Source: Aeropyrum pernix K1
Lineage (GTDB): Archaea > Thermoproteota > Thermoprotei_A > Sulfolobales > Acidilobaceae
DNA length: 32,000 nt
Direction: 5' to 3'
Assembly (NCBI RefSeq): GCF_000011125.1
Contig: NC_000854.2
Location: forward strand, 240,001-272,000
Positions 23,761 to 32,000 of this stretch are shown piece by piece. Positions within the stretch are counted from its first letter, which is position 1. Every line of letters begins with the position of its first letter. The position numbers and the translations under genes were made by a program. The notes under the pieces were generated by a model that was given only the letters and a program-made list of their open reading frames with translations, had not been told where the DNA came from and made no database searches.

Positions 23761-26700
23761 TCCCTAAGCACCTCTACACCACTTGGGGGCTCCCCGACCT
23801 CGAGCTTCAAAGCCCTCGTCTCCCTCTTGATGTATTCCTTTAAAGCGTTTACCGCCTCCACCACATCCTCTCCACCCTGTATCCACACCTCCACATAGTC
23901 CTCCACGCTGTACCCGGCCTCCTTCCTCATGGCCTGGATCCTCCTTACGATATCCCTGGCGAGCCCCTCTAAAACCTCCTCCTTGGTGAGCCTCGTGTCT
24001 ACAGCCACAAGCCCGAGGGGGGTGTCCCTGACCTTAAGCCACTCCGGGTACTCGGCCTTCAGGCTGACGTCCTCTAGCGTAAGCTTGACCGGCAGCCCCT
24101 CGTACTCCCCCTCGTAGACCCCCTTTTCGGCCAGCACCCTCCCTATCTCACCGCCCTTCTCCTCTATGAGGCGGAGGACCTTGGGCATATCCCTCTTGTA
24201 CTTCGGGCCCAGCCTGCCGTAGTCGGGCTCCACCCTGTATATCCTGGTGGCCTCCAGCGCGGAGGCAGGGGCGAACTCTATCTCTTTAGCGTTAGCCATG
24301 AGCCTTATCAGCCCCTCGAGCCTCCTTAGAGACCCCTCAACACCGGGGTTGGAGGCGGCTATTATGACCCTCCTTACAGGCCTCCTCAGCTTCAGGCCGG
24401 CCTCGTTCCTCGCGGAGAGTATGGCCTCCAACACCATCCTAGCCTTCTCCATATCCTCCTCTAGAGTGGAGTCTATCAGATGGTCCTCCGGCTCTGGCAT
24501 GTCGAGCATGTGTATCGACTCTTCAGGCCTCTCCTCGGCCTCTCTAAACACCTTGATGTACAGGTACTCTGCCGTGTATGGTATGAGGGGGGCGGCCATG
24601 AGGAGCCACTCCCAGAGGACCTTGTAGAGGGTCGCATACGCTGCCCTCTTAGACGGGGTGTCGACCTCCTCCCAGACCCTCCTCCTTATTATCCTAAGGT
24701 ACCAGTGGCTCACGTCCTCTATGATGAAGCTTCTGAGAGCCCGGGCTGCGTCGTGTATCCTGAGGTCCTCCATGGCTGTTAGGTACCTCCTCTTGAGGCT
24801 GGCTAGCCTCGAGAGTATCCACCTGTCCTCCACCTCAAGGCTGTCCTCAACGCTGCTGAGGCTGGTTCTCCTCGGGTCGAACCTGTCGAGCCCCATGTAG
24901 ATGCTTGCGAAGGCGTAGACGTTCCATATGACGTTGAAGTCCCGCCTCATCAGGTCGAGCCCCTTCCAGCTGAACCTCAGGTCCTCCCAGACGGTGTTCT
25001 GCAGCACCCAGAACCTGACAACGTCGCGGGGTACCTTCGCTATCAGCTCCTCGAAGTCCACGTAGTTGCCCAGGCTCTTGTGCATCTCCCTGCCCTGCTC
25101 GTCGAGGGCGAATCCGTGGACGAGCACCCTCCTGTAGGGGGTCTCGCCGAAGCCTATTACGCCGCTCCTCAGCAGGCTGAAGAACCACCCCCTTATCTGG
25201 TCGTGACCCTCAACTATGAAGTCGACGGGCTTAAGCCTCTCCCACGTCTCCCTATCCCTCGGGTAGCCCAGGCTGGCGTAGAAGGCTATCCCGCTGTCGA
25301 ACCAGACGTCGAGGACGTCGGGCACCCTCTTCATGGATCCGCCACACCTGGGGCACTTCAGCTCGACCCTGTCAACCCAGGGTCTGTGCAGGTTCTCAGG
25401 CCTCCTGCCGCCCATCGACTCCAGCTCCTCCACGCTCCCCACTACATGCTCGTAGCCGCAGGAGCTGCAGCGCCACACGGGTAGCGGTATCCCCCAGTAC
25501 CTCTGCCTGCTTATAACCCAGTCTCTCAGCTCTCTAAGCATGTTCATAAACCGTGTCTTAGCCCAGCCGGGCTGCCACTCAACCTTCTCCGCCTCCCTCA
25601 TAAGCTGGTTCTTGAGCCTGGTCACCGCGACGAACCACTGTGTGGTTGCCCTCAGGAGGAGTGGCGTTTTACACCTCCAGCACACAGGGTACCTGTGGAC
25701 TATTGTGGCCGCGTGGAAGAGGGCGCCCCTGGCCCTGAGGTCCTCGACTATAGCCTTGTTAGCCTCCCCCCTGAAGTATAGGCCGCTGTACTTGCCCGCC
25801 GCCTCGGTCATGAACCCCCTCTCGTCCACAAGCGATACCACAGGAGCACCTATTCTCTGGGCTATCTCGTAGTCTATGGTGCCGTGCCCCGGGGCCGAGT
25901 GTACTAGGCCGGAGCCCTCATGGGGGGTAACGGCCTCGGGCGCCATGACTACTTTATGCCACTTGGAGAGCTCCCTCTGCGCGTCCACCACGTCCTCGAG
26001 GGGGTGCCTATACCTTAGCCCCTCCAGCTGGCTTCCCTTGAGGACCTCGAGGACCTCGTACTCGCTCACACCCGCCTCCCGCATGACGTGATCCAGCCTG
26101 GCCTTAGCCAGTATTAGCGTGTCCCTCCCCACCCTCACCTTCACATACTCCATGTCGGGATGAGCCATTACAAAGGCGTTTGCAGGGAGTGTCCAGGGCG
26201 TTGTAGTCCAGACCAGGAGGTACTCCCCCTCACGCCCCTCGACGGGGAACTTGACGTATATAGAGGGGTCCTCCAGCTCCCTGTACTCGGACACCTCGTA
26301 GTCCGCCAGCGTAGTCTCGCAGCGGGGACACCAGTGGAGAACCCTGTAGCCCTTGTATAGAAGGCCCTTCTCCCAGGCCTTCTTCACAAGCCACCAGCCA
26401 GACTCTATATACTCGTCCCTGTAGGTCACGTACGGGTTCTCCCAGTCCATGAACACGCCTATCTCCTTGAACTGCCTCGTCATAGCCTCCATGTTCTCGT
26501 CCACGAACCTCTTGCACGCCGCTATGAAATTCTCAACACCCACCTTCTCCTCTATCTCCCTCTTAACCCTAACCCCCAGGCTCTGCTCGATCTTAACCTC
26601 TATGGGGAGGCCGTGGGTGTCATAACCCGGCTTGTCCCACACATTGTAGCCCGTCATCCTGTAGAACCTGAGCACCACGTCCTTCACAACCTTGTTCCAC

Positions 26701-26894
26701 GCCGTGCCTATGTGTATAGATTTCGCCGAGGCGTAGGGCGGGCCGTCTAGGAAGTAGAACTTCCTGGGGGCGCGGGACGATTTCTCCTTAACCTTACGGT
26801 ATATACTGTTCTCCTCCCAGTAGGATTTGACGAACGATTCTAGGGCGAACTGGTCGTACCTCTCACCCTCTAGGACCCTCGGCACACTACCCAC
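23700..26894 (-). CDS. ileS: isoleucyl-tRNA synthetase
   Basis: HIGH-type [22 protein letters not shown]-type EMHKSLGN, an editing-domain insertion, and Cys pairs ([29 protein letters not shown]). 1064 aa. GTG start. Confidence 0.95.
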
Positions 26895-26925
26895 AGTCAG
26901 ACACCCCCAAAGACAATTCTGGCTA

Positions 26926-26946
26926 CCCGTTTAAAATAAAAGCGGG
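26926..26946 (-). promoter_or_regulatory. TATA-box-like element upstream of ileS (minus strand CCCGCTTTTATTTTAAACGGG)
   Basis: This is the AT-richest element of the 80-nt spacer. Its centre lies about 42 nt upstream of the ileS GTG, and GGGGGTG sits in the short leader. Confidence 0.45.
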
Positions 26947-26974
26947 CTATCATGGCCTGCGGCCTTGGGGGTGG

Positions 26975-27256
26975 CTACCTCGTCGTATCCACCCACTCTA
27001 CTTTAACCCCGAAAACACTGTCTCCACGGGACTTCACGACCTGTTCAATCTCCGCCTCACGACCAGGCTCTCCGAGTAGGACCTCTACGAACCTGAACTC
27101 CCTGACAACTCTGGATCCGTGGTCTCTAACTTCGGCTCCAAACTTTTTCTTAAGCTCTTCGACGATGCTCCTGTGGACATCGTCGCTGTAGGTGCTGTAG
27201 TAGACCCTGTACAGTTTAATGCCCGCCGTCAATGAGTAGCCCCCGGCTGAAACCAT
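26975..27256 (-). CDS. hypothetical 93-aa protein with a beta-alpha-beta-beta-alpha-beta-like residue pattern
   Basis: ATG start and a balanced, charged composition (IKLYRVYY...SIVEELKKKFG...FRFVEVLL...EIEQVVKS...FGVKVEW). The overlapping plus-strand ORF 26952-27191 is Ser/Thr/Pro/Leu-rich. I recognise no family. Confidence 0.45.
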   Translation of the reverse strand: MVSAGGYSLTAGIKLYRVYYSTYSDDVHRSIVEELKKKFGAEVRDHGSRVVREFRFVEVLLGEPGREAEIEQVVKSRGDSVFGVKVEWVDTTR

Positions 27257-27332
27257 GCATTGGGGAGCGTTTAAAACCTTGGGCGGCGGGCTGGTCGGCT
27301 GCAGGGTTGACGCGTTAAATTATAGCCCCACT

Positions 27333-27367
27333 ACTTAAACTTAATAGAATCACCAGCACCCACTTAG
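27333..27367 (+). promoter_or_regulatory. ACTTAA ACTTAA ...17 nt... ACTTAG repeat set in the divergent spacer upstream of the AbrB-ACT gene (candidate operator)
   Basis: ACTTAA occurs at 27333-27338 and 27339-27344, and ACTTAG at 27362-27367. They interleave with TATA-like TTAAATTATAG (27315-27325) and CTTAATAGAAT. Confidence 0.25.
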
Positions 27368-27394
27368 ATTAGGCGATCGGGGGTGTGCATGTAG

Positions 27395-27823
27395 TTGAAG
27401 AGGCTCTCCGCCCTGGTCAAGGTTGACTCCAAGGGCAGGGTCACCATACCCCAGTCTATAAGGAGCGCGCTCGGCATCGAGCCCGGCATGGTCGTCCTCC
27501 TAATCGGCGATGTGAACAAGCGGGAGCTCATAGCCACACCAATAACCAGCAGGAGCGAGTCAATATACGTCATAGACGCCACGCTTAGAGACCGGCCCGG
27601 CGCGCTGGCCGCCGTGACAGAGGTCCTCGCCCGCCACAAAATAGACATAGTGGCTAGCAAATGTGCGAGCATAGTGAGGGGTGAGGAGGGGGGATGCACC
27701 ATAATAGCGGACTTTAGCAGGGCCGATATAGACCCTGAGGACCTGAAGAGGGAGTTGGAGAGACTCGACGTCGTGTTCCATGTTATAATGCGTAGGCTTG
27801 AGGCCGGTCTCGAAGAGATATAA
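27395..27823 (+). CDS. AbrB/SpoVT (swapped-hairpin) DNA-binding domain fused to an ACT ligand-binding domain; putative transcription regulator
   Basis: The N-terminus VKVDSKGRVTIPQSIRSALGIEPG is the AbrB/MazE-type motif. The C-terminal YVIDATLRDRPGALAAVTEVLARHKIDIV...CTIIADF is ACT-like. The TTG start is preceded by GGGGGTG. Confidence 0.7.
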   Translation: MKRLSALVKVDSKGRVTIPQSIRSALGIEPGMVVLLIGDVNKRELIATPITSRSESIYVIDATLRDRPGALAAVTEVLARHKIDIVASKCASIVRGEEGGCTIIADFSRADIDPEDLKRELERLDVVFHVIMRRLEAGLEEI

Positions 27824-27934
27824 GCTGGGCGTACAACACATTCCCCAAGCCGTAGCCGGTGCAGGCTGAGCGTGGGTAGCATCCCTCGGGAATAAGGGTG
27901 ACTAGGCACGACTGCTTTAAAGCTGGCTGGGGGG

Positions 27935-28624
27935 GTGTGGATAGTCCTTTGGCCGGGCCTCACGGGCCTCCCCGACTCGCTGGTTCTCCTGGCGAGGGTG
28001 GGGGGGTGTAGCGTCCTCTACGACACGGGCTCAGGAGAGCCTGGAAGTATAGTAGCCCTAGCCGCCAACCTAGCCTCGGCAGGCGTCAAGCCGTGGAGCA
28101 TCAATGTTGCAATAGTATCCCACGCCCACGTCCCGAGCAGCGGTGGCGCTAGGTGGCTCCACGATAACCACAGGGTAACCATAGCCGCCAGGAGGCCTGA
28201 CTCTAGGTGGATAGAGGAGGGAGACCCGGTGAAGACGGCTGCGGTAGACTATGGCCTGCCGACGAAGCCAGTTCCCATAGGCCTGGAGCTCGAGAGGGAA
28301 GGCAGGATGCCGGGGGAGTGTGAAGGGGTTGAGGTCCTCTTTACACCAGGACACACGCCGGGGAGCGTCAGCGTTTCGTTAGACACTGGAGACGCCACCG
28401 TCCTGGCTGTGTCAGACGCTCTCGGGAGGCTGAAGAGGGATTGGGGCAGCAGCGAGAGGGAGTGGATGGAAAGTCTCGACAAGATAAGCAGCAGAGACCC
28501 GGACTACCTATGCACCAGCGTGACATGCATGGATAGGAGGGCCGCGAAAGCCTTCCTGGACGAGATAAGGGAGAAGGGCCCGGTTTGGGATGTGGAGAAC
28601 AGCAGTGGAGACGGCCCAGGCTAG
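27935..28624 (+). CDS. metallo-beta-lactamase-fold protein with degenerate metal-binding motif
   Basis: VLYDTGSG, then SHAHVPSSGG in place of HxHxDH (nt 28121-28138 read cac gcc cac gtc ccg agc), then FTPGHTPGS and AVSDAL. GTG start. Confidence 0.7.
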   Translation: MWIVLWPGLTGLPDSLVLLARVGGCSVLYDTGSGEPGSIVALAANLASAGVKPWSINVAIVSHAHVPSSGGARWLHDNHRVTIAARRPDSRWIEEGDPVKTAAVDYGLPTKPVPIGLELEREGRMPGECEGVEVLFTPGHTPGSVSVSLDTGDATVLAVSDALGRLKRDWGSSEREWMESLDKISSRDPDYLCTSVTCMDRRAAKAFLDEIREKGPVWDVENSSGDGPG

Positions 28625-28679
28625 AGTGTAAGGGCCCGCCAGCTCGATAAGGGGTGTAGATGCTTAAGGCAATACCAGG

Positions 28680-28688
28680 CTATATTAG
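28680..28688 (+). promoter_or_regulatory. TATA-like CTATATTAG upstream of the CBS-pair gene
   Basis: About 48 nt upstream of TTG 28733, followed by the GAGGTG Shine-Dalgarno match at 28718-28723. Confidence 0.35.
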
Positions 28689-28732
28689 CCCCTTAGACAC
28701 CGCGTTTAATCTGGATGTGAGGTGCGGAGGGT

Positions 28733-29209
28733 TTGGGCCTGGAAGAGGGCTATGACGACGTCCTTGTGAGGGACATAATGAGTTCACCCCCGATAACAAC
28801 ACTACCCATGACGAGCGTGAAGGAGGCGGCTAAGATCATGCTCGAAAACCGGGTGGGCAGCCTGATAGTTGTGAACGAGAGGAACACACTACTCGGTATA
28901 CTGACTAAGACCGATATAATACGGGAGGTTGTGGCCAAAGGCTTAGACCCCGAGTCCGTGAGGGTCGGCGACATAATGACACGAAACCCCTACTACGTTT
29001 ACACAGACGACTCCGTGGAGAGAGCTGCATCTCTAATGGGAGAGCATAACATAGGCCATCTGCCGGTTCTAGACCCGGAGACCGAGAAGCCGGTTGGAAT
29101 AGTTACTAAGACAGACATAGTGAAGCTGGCCCCGAACTACATAAACGTGATATACAGCTTGAAACAAGAGATAGACAGGAGAGAGAGGCTGAAGAGGATA
29201 AGGAAGTAG
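28733..29209 (+). CDS. CBS-domain pair protein
   Basis: Two CBS repeats: VRDIMSSPPITT...GSLIVVNERNTLLGILTKTDIIREV and VGDIMTRNPYYV...GHLPVLDPETEKPVGIVTKTDIVKL. The TTG start has GAGGTG 9 nt upstream. Confidence 0.85.
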   Translation: MGLEEGYDDVLVRDIMSSPPITTLPMTSVKEAAKIMLENRVGSLIVVNERNTLLGILTKTDIIREVVAKGLDPESVRVGDIMTRNPYYVYTDDSVERAASLMGEHNIGHLPVLDPETEKPVGIVTKTDIVKLAPNYINVIYSLKQEIDRRERLKRIRK

Positions 29210-29305
29210 GGGGGAGCCCGCCCACTAGGGGTCGCTAGTCTCCCAGGCGGTCGTTAAGCAAGTGGGGTGGACTCCTTCACCCGTTCTTAGCCAGGGTTAA
29301 CAGTC

Positions 29306-29312
29306 TATAAAT
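29306..29312 (+). promoter_or_regulatory. TATA-like TATAAAT upstream of the membrane protein gene
   Basis: About 40 nt upstream of ATG 29349. Confidence 0.3.
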
Positions 29313-29348
29313 CCTGGTTCCATTCTCTAGGAGGCCGGAGTATGGGGT

Positions 29349-30458
29349 ATGAGGCTGGCTTTCGGCCTTCTCATGGCATCGCTGACCGCGGCACTGGCCG
29401 TCGCCGAGTCTAGTGCTGTCGGTGTGCTTGAGTACCTGCTACCCGTCGAGGAGCATCGTGTGATAGCAAAGGCTGTGCTTTCTGCAGTAGCTATGGCTGG
29501 ATCCTTCTGGGGCCTCGTGGTGGCAAGCACTAGGTTTAGGAGTCCAAGCGGGAGGAGGCTGGTCCTTGCGGTTGTCGGCGTCGCGACGCCTGCCATCCTT
29601 CTCGGGTTGGAGGGGCTTCTGGGCGGGGGGCTCTCTAGCCTTGCTAGTGTTATGGCCGTTTCTGTAGCACTTGGTATGGCCAGCTTCGCTCTCTCATCAT
29701 CGATATACAGCCAGGTGGACTATGTGGAGTGGAGGAGGGTGCTGGCGGAATACTACATAGTCAGCAGCGTTGGAAGCTCGCTCCTCATATTCGCCTCGCT
29801 TGCGTCGGGGCAGCCCATCATAGTTGCCGGGTCTATAGCCGTCTTCGCGCTACTCTCAGCACAGCATGTGCTAGACGTGCCCCTCTCCTTCGCCTCCCTC
29901 AAGGTTGTGGACAACTTCTCCAGCGCTGTGTTCTCTGCGCTCCACGGCAGGCTCGACAGGCTTAGGGTTGACGAGGTCCTCAGGCTCTCATCTGCCGCGG
30001 GAGTACTGGCGGCGCTGAAAATACCCGTCATACAAGGGGCTTCATACTACCTGGGGGAGGCTACACCCCTTGTCTATAGCCTCGGCTACGCCCTAGGTGT
30101 TACACTAGCCTCGACCTCGGCCTCAACCCTCCCGGCCTCCACAGCGGCGCTTGCTTCTACACTACTAGCAATGTATACGGGCGGCAGCCTCCCATGGCTG
30201 GCCCTGTTCATTGTGGGGCTCGGCTACGGATGGGCGGTGTTCACCCTGGTTATGTACGTTCTCGATAGGGAGCCCAAGAAGGTGAGGATCGCAACAGTCT
30301 CTGTGGTGGCGTGGAGCACCGCCGCCTCTCTCGCAGTGTTCGCTGTGACCTCAGTCATGGGCACGAGCCCCTACATGCCAGCCCTCGCCATACTGGTTCT
30401 CGGGCTCGTGCTTTCGGCCGCCACCAGGCTGAAGAACGCCGGGGTTAGGTGGGAGTAG
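29349..30458 (+). CDS. polytopic membrane protein, possibly a divergent MFS-type transporter
   Basis: About 10 hydrophobic segments. The loop STRFRSPSGRRLVL resembles MFS motif A (D-R-x-G-R-R). ATG start with an upstream AGGAGG. Confidence 0.55.
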   Translation: MRLAFGLLMASLTAALAVAESSAVGVLEYLLPVEEHRVIAKAVLSAVAMAGSFWGLVVASTRFRSPSGRRLVLAVVGVATPAILLGLEGLLGGGLSSLASVMAVSVALGMASFALSSSIYSQVDYVEWRRVLAEYYIVSSVGSSLLIFASLASGQPIIVAGSIAVFALLSAQHVLDVPLSFASLKVVDNFSSAVFSALHGRLDRLRVDEVLRLSSAAGVLAALKIPVIQGASYYLGEATPLVYSLGYALGVTLASTSASTLPASTAALASTLLAMYTGGSLPWLALFIVGLGYGWAVFTLVMYVLDREPKKVRIATVSVVAWSTAASLAVFAVTSVMGTSPYMPALAILVLGLVLSAATRLKNAGVRWE

Positions 30459-30464
30459 GCGCGG

Positions 30465-32000
30465 CTACTCCACCGCTATTATCTCCCCCAGCACCTCCTC
30501 CCCGGGATTGTAGACAGGCCTCCTCTGCAGTAGACTATTGTAGACTATCTCGGCCACATAATGGTATCTCTCCTCTCCAAGGACGGCCGCCATGTTCTCG
30601 AGTATTACTGTGGAGGAGGCGTGCCCCAGATCCTCCAAGGCGTATTTAGCATTGAACTCCGCCTGGCTCGGGCTCATAGACGCCAGTCTCCTAACCGTCT
30701 CCTCCGCGGCCTCCACAGCCTTGGAGGCCAGGCCCTTATCATACGCATCCCCAGCCAGAGCCCTGAGGTCCTCTAGCAGAGGCTTGTGCGCCCCCTTCTT
30801 CCACATCGCCTCAAGCATGTCCAAGGCCTGTATATTGCTCGTCCCCTCCCATATCGGGGTTATCAGAGCCTCCCTATGCCACCTCTCCACAGCATACTCT
30901 CTCAGGAACCCTATACCGCCGAAGAGCTCCATAGCCAGCATAGTAACCCTTGCAGCCGCCTGCGCCGTCATATTCTTTGCAATGTGCGTCATGAGCCTGG
31001 CATAGTGGTATGTCATGCTGTACGGCGGCCTGTCTCCCGTAGACTTCTCGAAGAGGTCTACAGCCTTGTGGGTGAGAGCCAGAGACTCCTCTATAAGAAC
31101 CTCCATCTCCAGGAGATCCCTTCTCACTAGGGGATGCTCTATTATTCTCTTCCCGAACGCCCGCCTATGCTTCGCGTAGTTATAGGCCTCCAGGTAAGCC
31201 TTCCTAGCTATCCCCACTGCGCCCGCTGAGTTGGCTATCCTGGATATCATCAGGTCCTCGAGGGTGTAGTAGATACCCTTGTCAGCGTCGCCGATAAGAT
31301 AGGCCTCGGAATCCTGGAGCTCCACCTCCCCGGTGGGCACAGCTATGGTCCCGCTCTTGTCCTTGAGCCTCCTCACACTATAGTTCAGCCCGCCGCCCCT
31401 CCTATAGCGGGGAACCGCGAATAGTGAGAGCCCCTTCGCGCCAGCCGGAGCACCCTCGGGCCTCGCCGTGACTAGGGCGATATCAGCCAGGCCTGCGCCG
31501 CTGGCGAAGTACTTGTAGCCCGTGAGCAGCCACACGCCGTCGCCCGCCTTCCTCGCAACAGTTTCGTTGGCACCTAGATCGCTTCCCCCCTGTATCTCGG
31601 TGAACCACGTGGCCCCTATCATCGGAGGCCTGTCCAGCCCTGCCAGCCTTCTATAGTAGTGCTTCAACTCCTCGCCGCCGTACTTCCAGAGGGCGTAGGC
31701 TGTCTGCATCGTTATAGTTAGTATGCACCCGACTCCGGGGTCGCCGACGAGATTTATACCGGCGAAGTGCTCGTGCCAGCTTCCGCCGACGTATGGGTGC
31801 CTGTTGACGCCATATTCGTACATAAGCCTGTCAACAGCCCTACGCAGTGCAGGATCGACCAGCACGGTGTCGCTTCTCTCACCCCTCACGGACCACATAA
31901 CATGGACGGGCCAGCTCAGCCTATCAACCCTGTAAGCCACCTCATAAAGCTCCGTGCCAACATACTCGCCAAGACCCGCCAGATCCGGCTCCTTCGATGT
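30465..32000 (-). CDS. acyl-CoA dehydrogenase family protein, AidB-like; 5' end probably outside the window
   Basis: WFTEIQGGSDLGANET, GYKYFASGAG and PIWEGTSNIQALD motifs. The frame stays open from GTG 31940 to the window edge (a further 20 codons without a stop), and AidB-like proteins have a longer N-terminal region. Confidence 0.8.
   Translation of the reverse strand, partial: TSKEPDLAGLGEYVGTELYEVAYRVDRLSWPVHVMWSVRGERSDTVLVDPALRRAVDRLMYEYGVNRHPYVGGSWHEHFAGINLVGDPGVGCILTITMQTAYALWKYGGEELKHYYRRLAGLDRPPMIGATWFTEIQGGSDLGANETVARKAGDGVWLLTGYKYFASGAGLADIALVTARPEGAPAGAKGLSLFAVPRYRRGGGLNYSVRRLKDKSGTIAVPTGEVELQDSEAYLIGDADKGIYYTLEDLMISRIANSAGAVGIARKAYLEAYNYAKHRRAFGKRIIEHPLVRRDLLEMEVLIEESLALTHKAVDLFEKSTGDRPPYSMTYHYARLMTHIAKNMTAQAAARVTMLAMELFGGIGFLREYAVERWHREALITPIWEGTSNIQALDMLEAMWKKGAHKPLLEDLRALAGDAYDKGLASKAVEAAEETVRRLASMSPSQAEFNAKYALEDLGHASSTVILENMAAVLGEERYHYVAEIVYNSLLQRRPVYNPGEEVLGEIIAVE

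Noticed and set aside
26952-27191. 79-aa plus-strand ORF opposite the 93-aa gene
   Set aside because: The Ser/Thr/Pro/Leu-rich product has no charged-residue periodicity. The minus-strand frame has an ATG start and a globular-looking pattern, although that gene is itself only moderately supported.
26975-27823. Toxin-antitoxin pair (AbrB/MazE-type antitoxin plus a small neighbour)
   Set aside because: The genes are divergent rather than co-oriented and overlapping. The AbrB domain is fused to an ACT domain, and the 93-aa neighbour shows no PIN, MazF or RelE motifs.
27364-27963. 199-aa minus-strand ORF
   Set aside because: It is antisense to the AbrB-ACT gene, whose two domains are recognisable. 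The product is Ser/Leu/Pro/Arg-rich with no motifs. It would also run across two promoter-like spacers.

Overview
GC-rich archaeal chromosomal window. Gene content, many non-ATG starts and TATA-type promoters point to a crenarchaeon of the Desulfurococcales, possibly Aeropyrum; this is inferred, not searched. The centre (10.6-19.9 kb, minus strand) is the conserved archaeal ribosomal-protein cluster S19-L22-S3-L29-Rpp29-S17-L14-L24-S4e-L5-S14-S8-L6-L32e-L19e-L18-S5-L30-L15. It includes a 54-aa zinc-ribbon S14 gene that is absent from the supplied ORF track. The left flank (0-10.5 kb) carries a partial dCTP deaminase, a hydrolase cluster (M19 dipeptidase, penicillin-acylase-family Ntn hydrolase plus a coupled small membrane protein, and a divergent S12 beta-lactamase/PBP-fold serine hydrolase), a glycan-enzyme pair (GH130/DUF377-like plus GHL6/GH42M-like) and a double-hotdog acyl-CoA thioesterase. 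The right flank holds ileS and a solo Cas4-family nuclease overlapping the ileS 3' end. It also holds a translationally coupled MoxR/CbbQ/NorQ-type AAA+ ATPase with a 659-aa protein ending in a VWA domain, and no recognisable client gene nearby. Further right are a 93-aa orphan, an AbrB-ACT fusion regulator, a metallo-beta-lactamase-fold protein with a degenerate metal motif, a CBS-pair protein, a polytopic membrane protein and a partial AidB-like acyl-CoA dehydrogenase. I found no rRNA, tRNA, CRISPR array, transposase or integrase. The most interesting locus is the orphan ATPase-VWA pair with the adjacent Cas4-like gene (20.0-23.8 kb). Next are the beta-lactam-type hydrolase cluster and the unusual 120-nt spacer inside the ribosomal operon. 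All functional calls rest on motif recognition by eye, and start codons are often uncertain.
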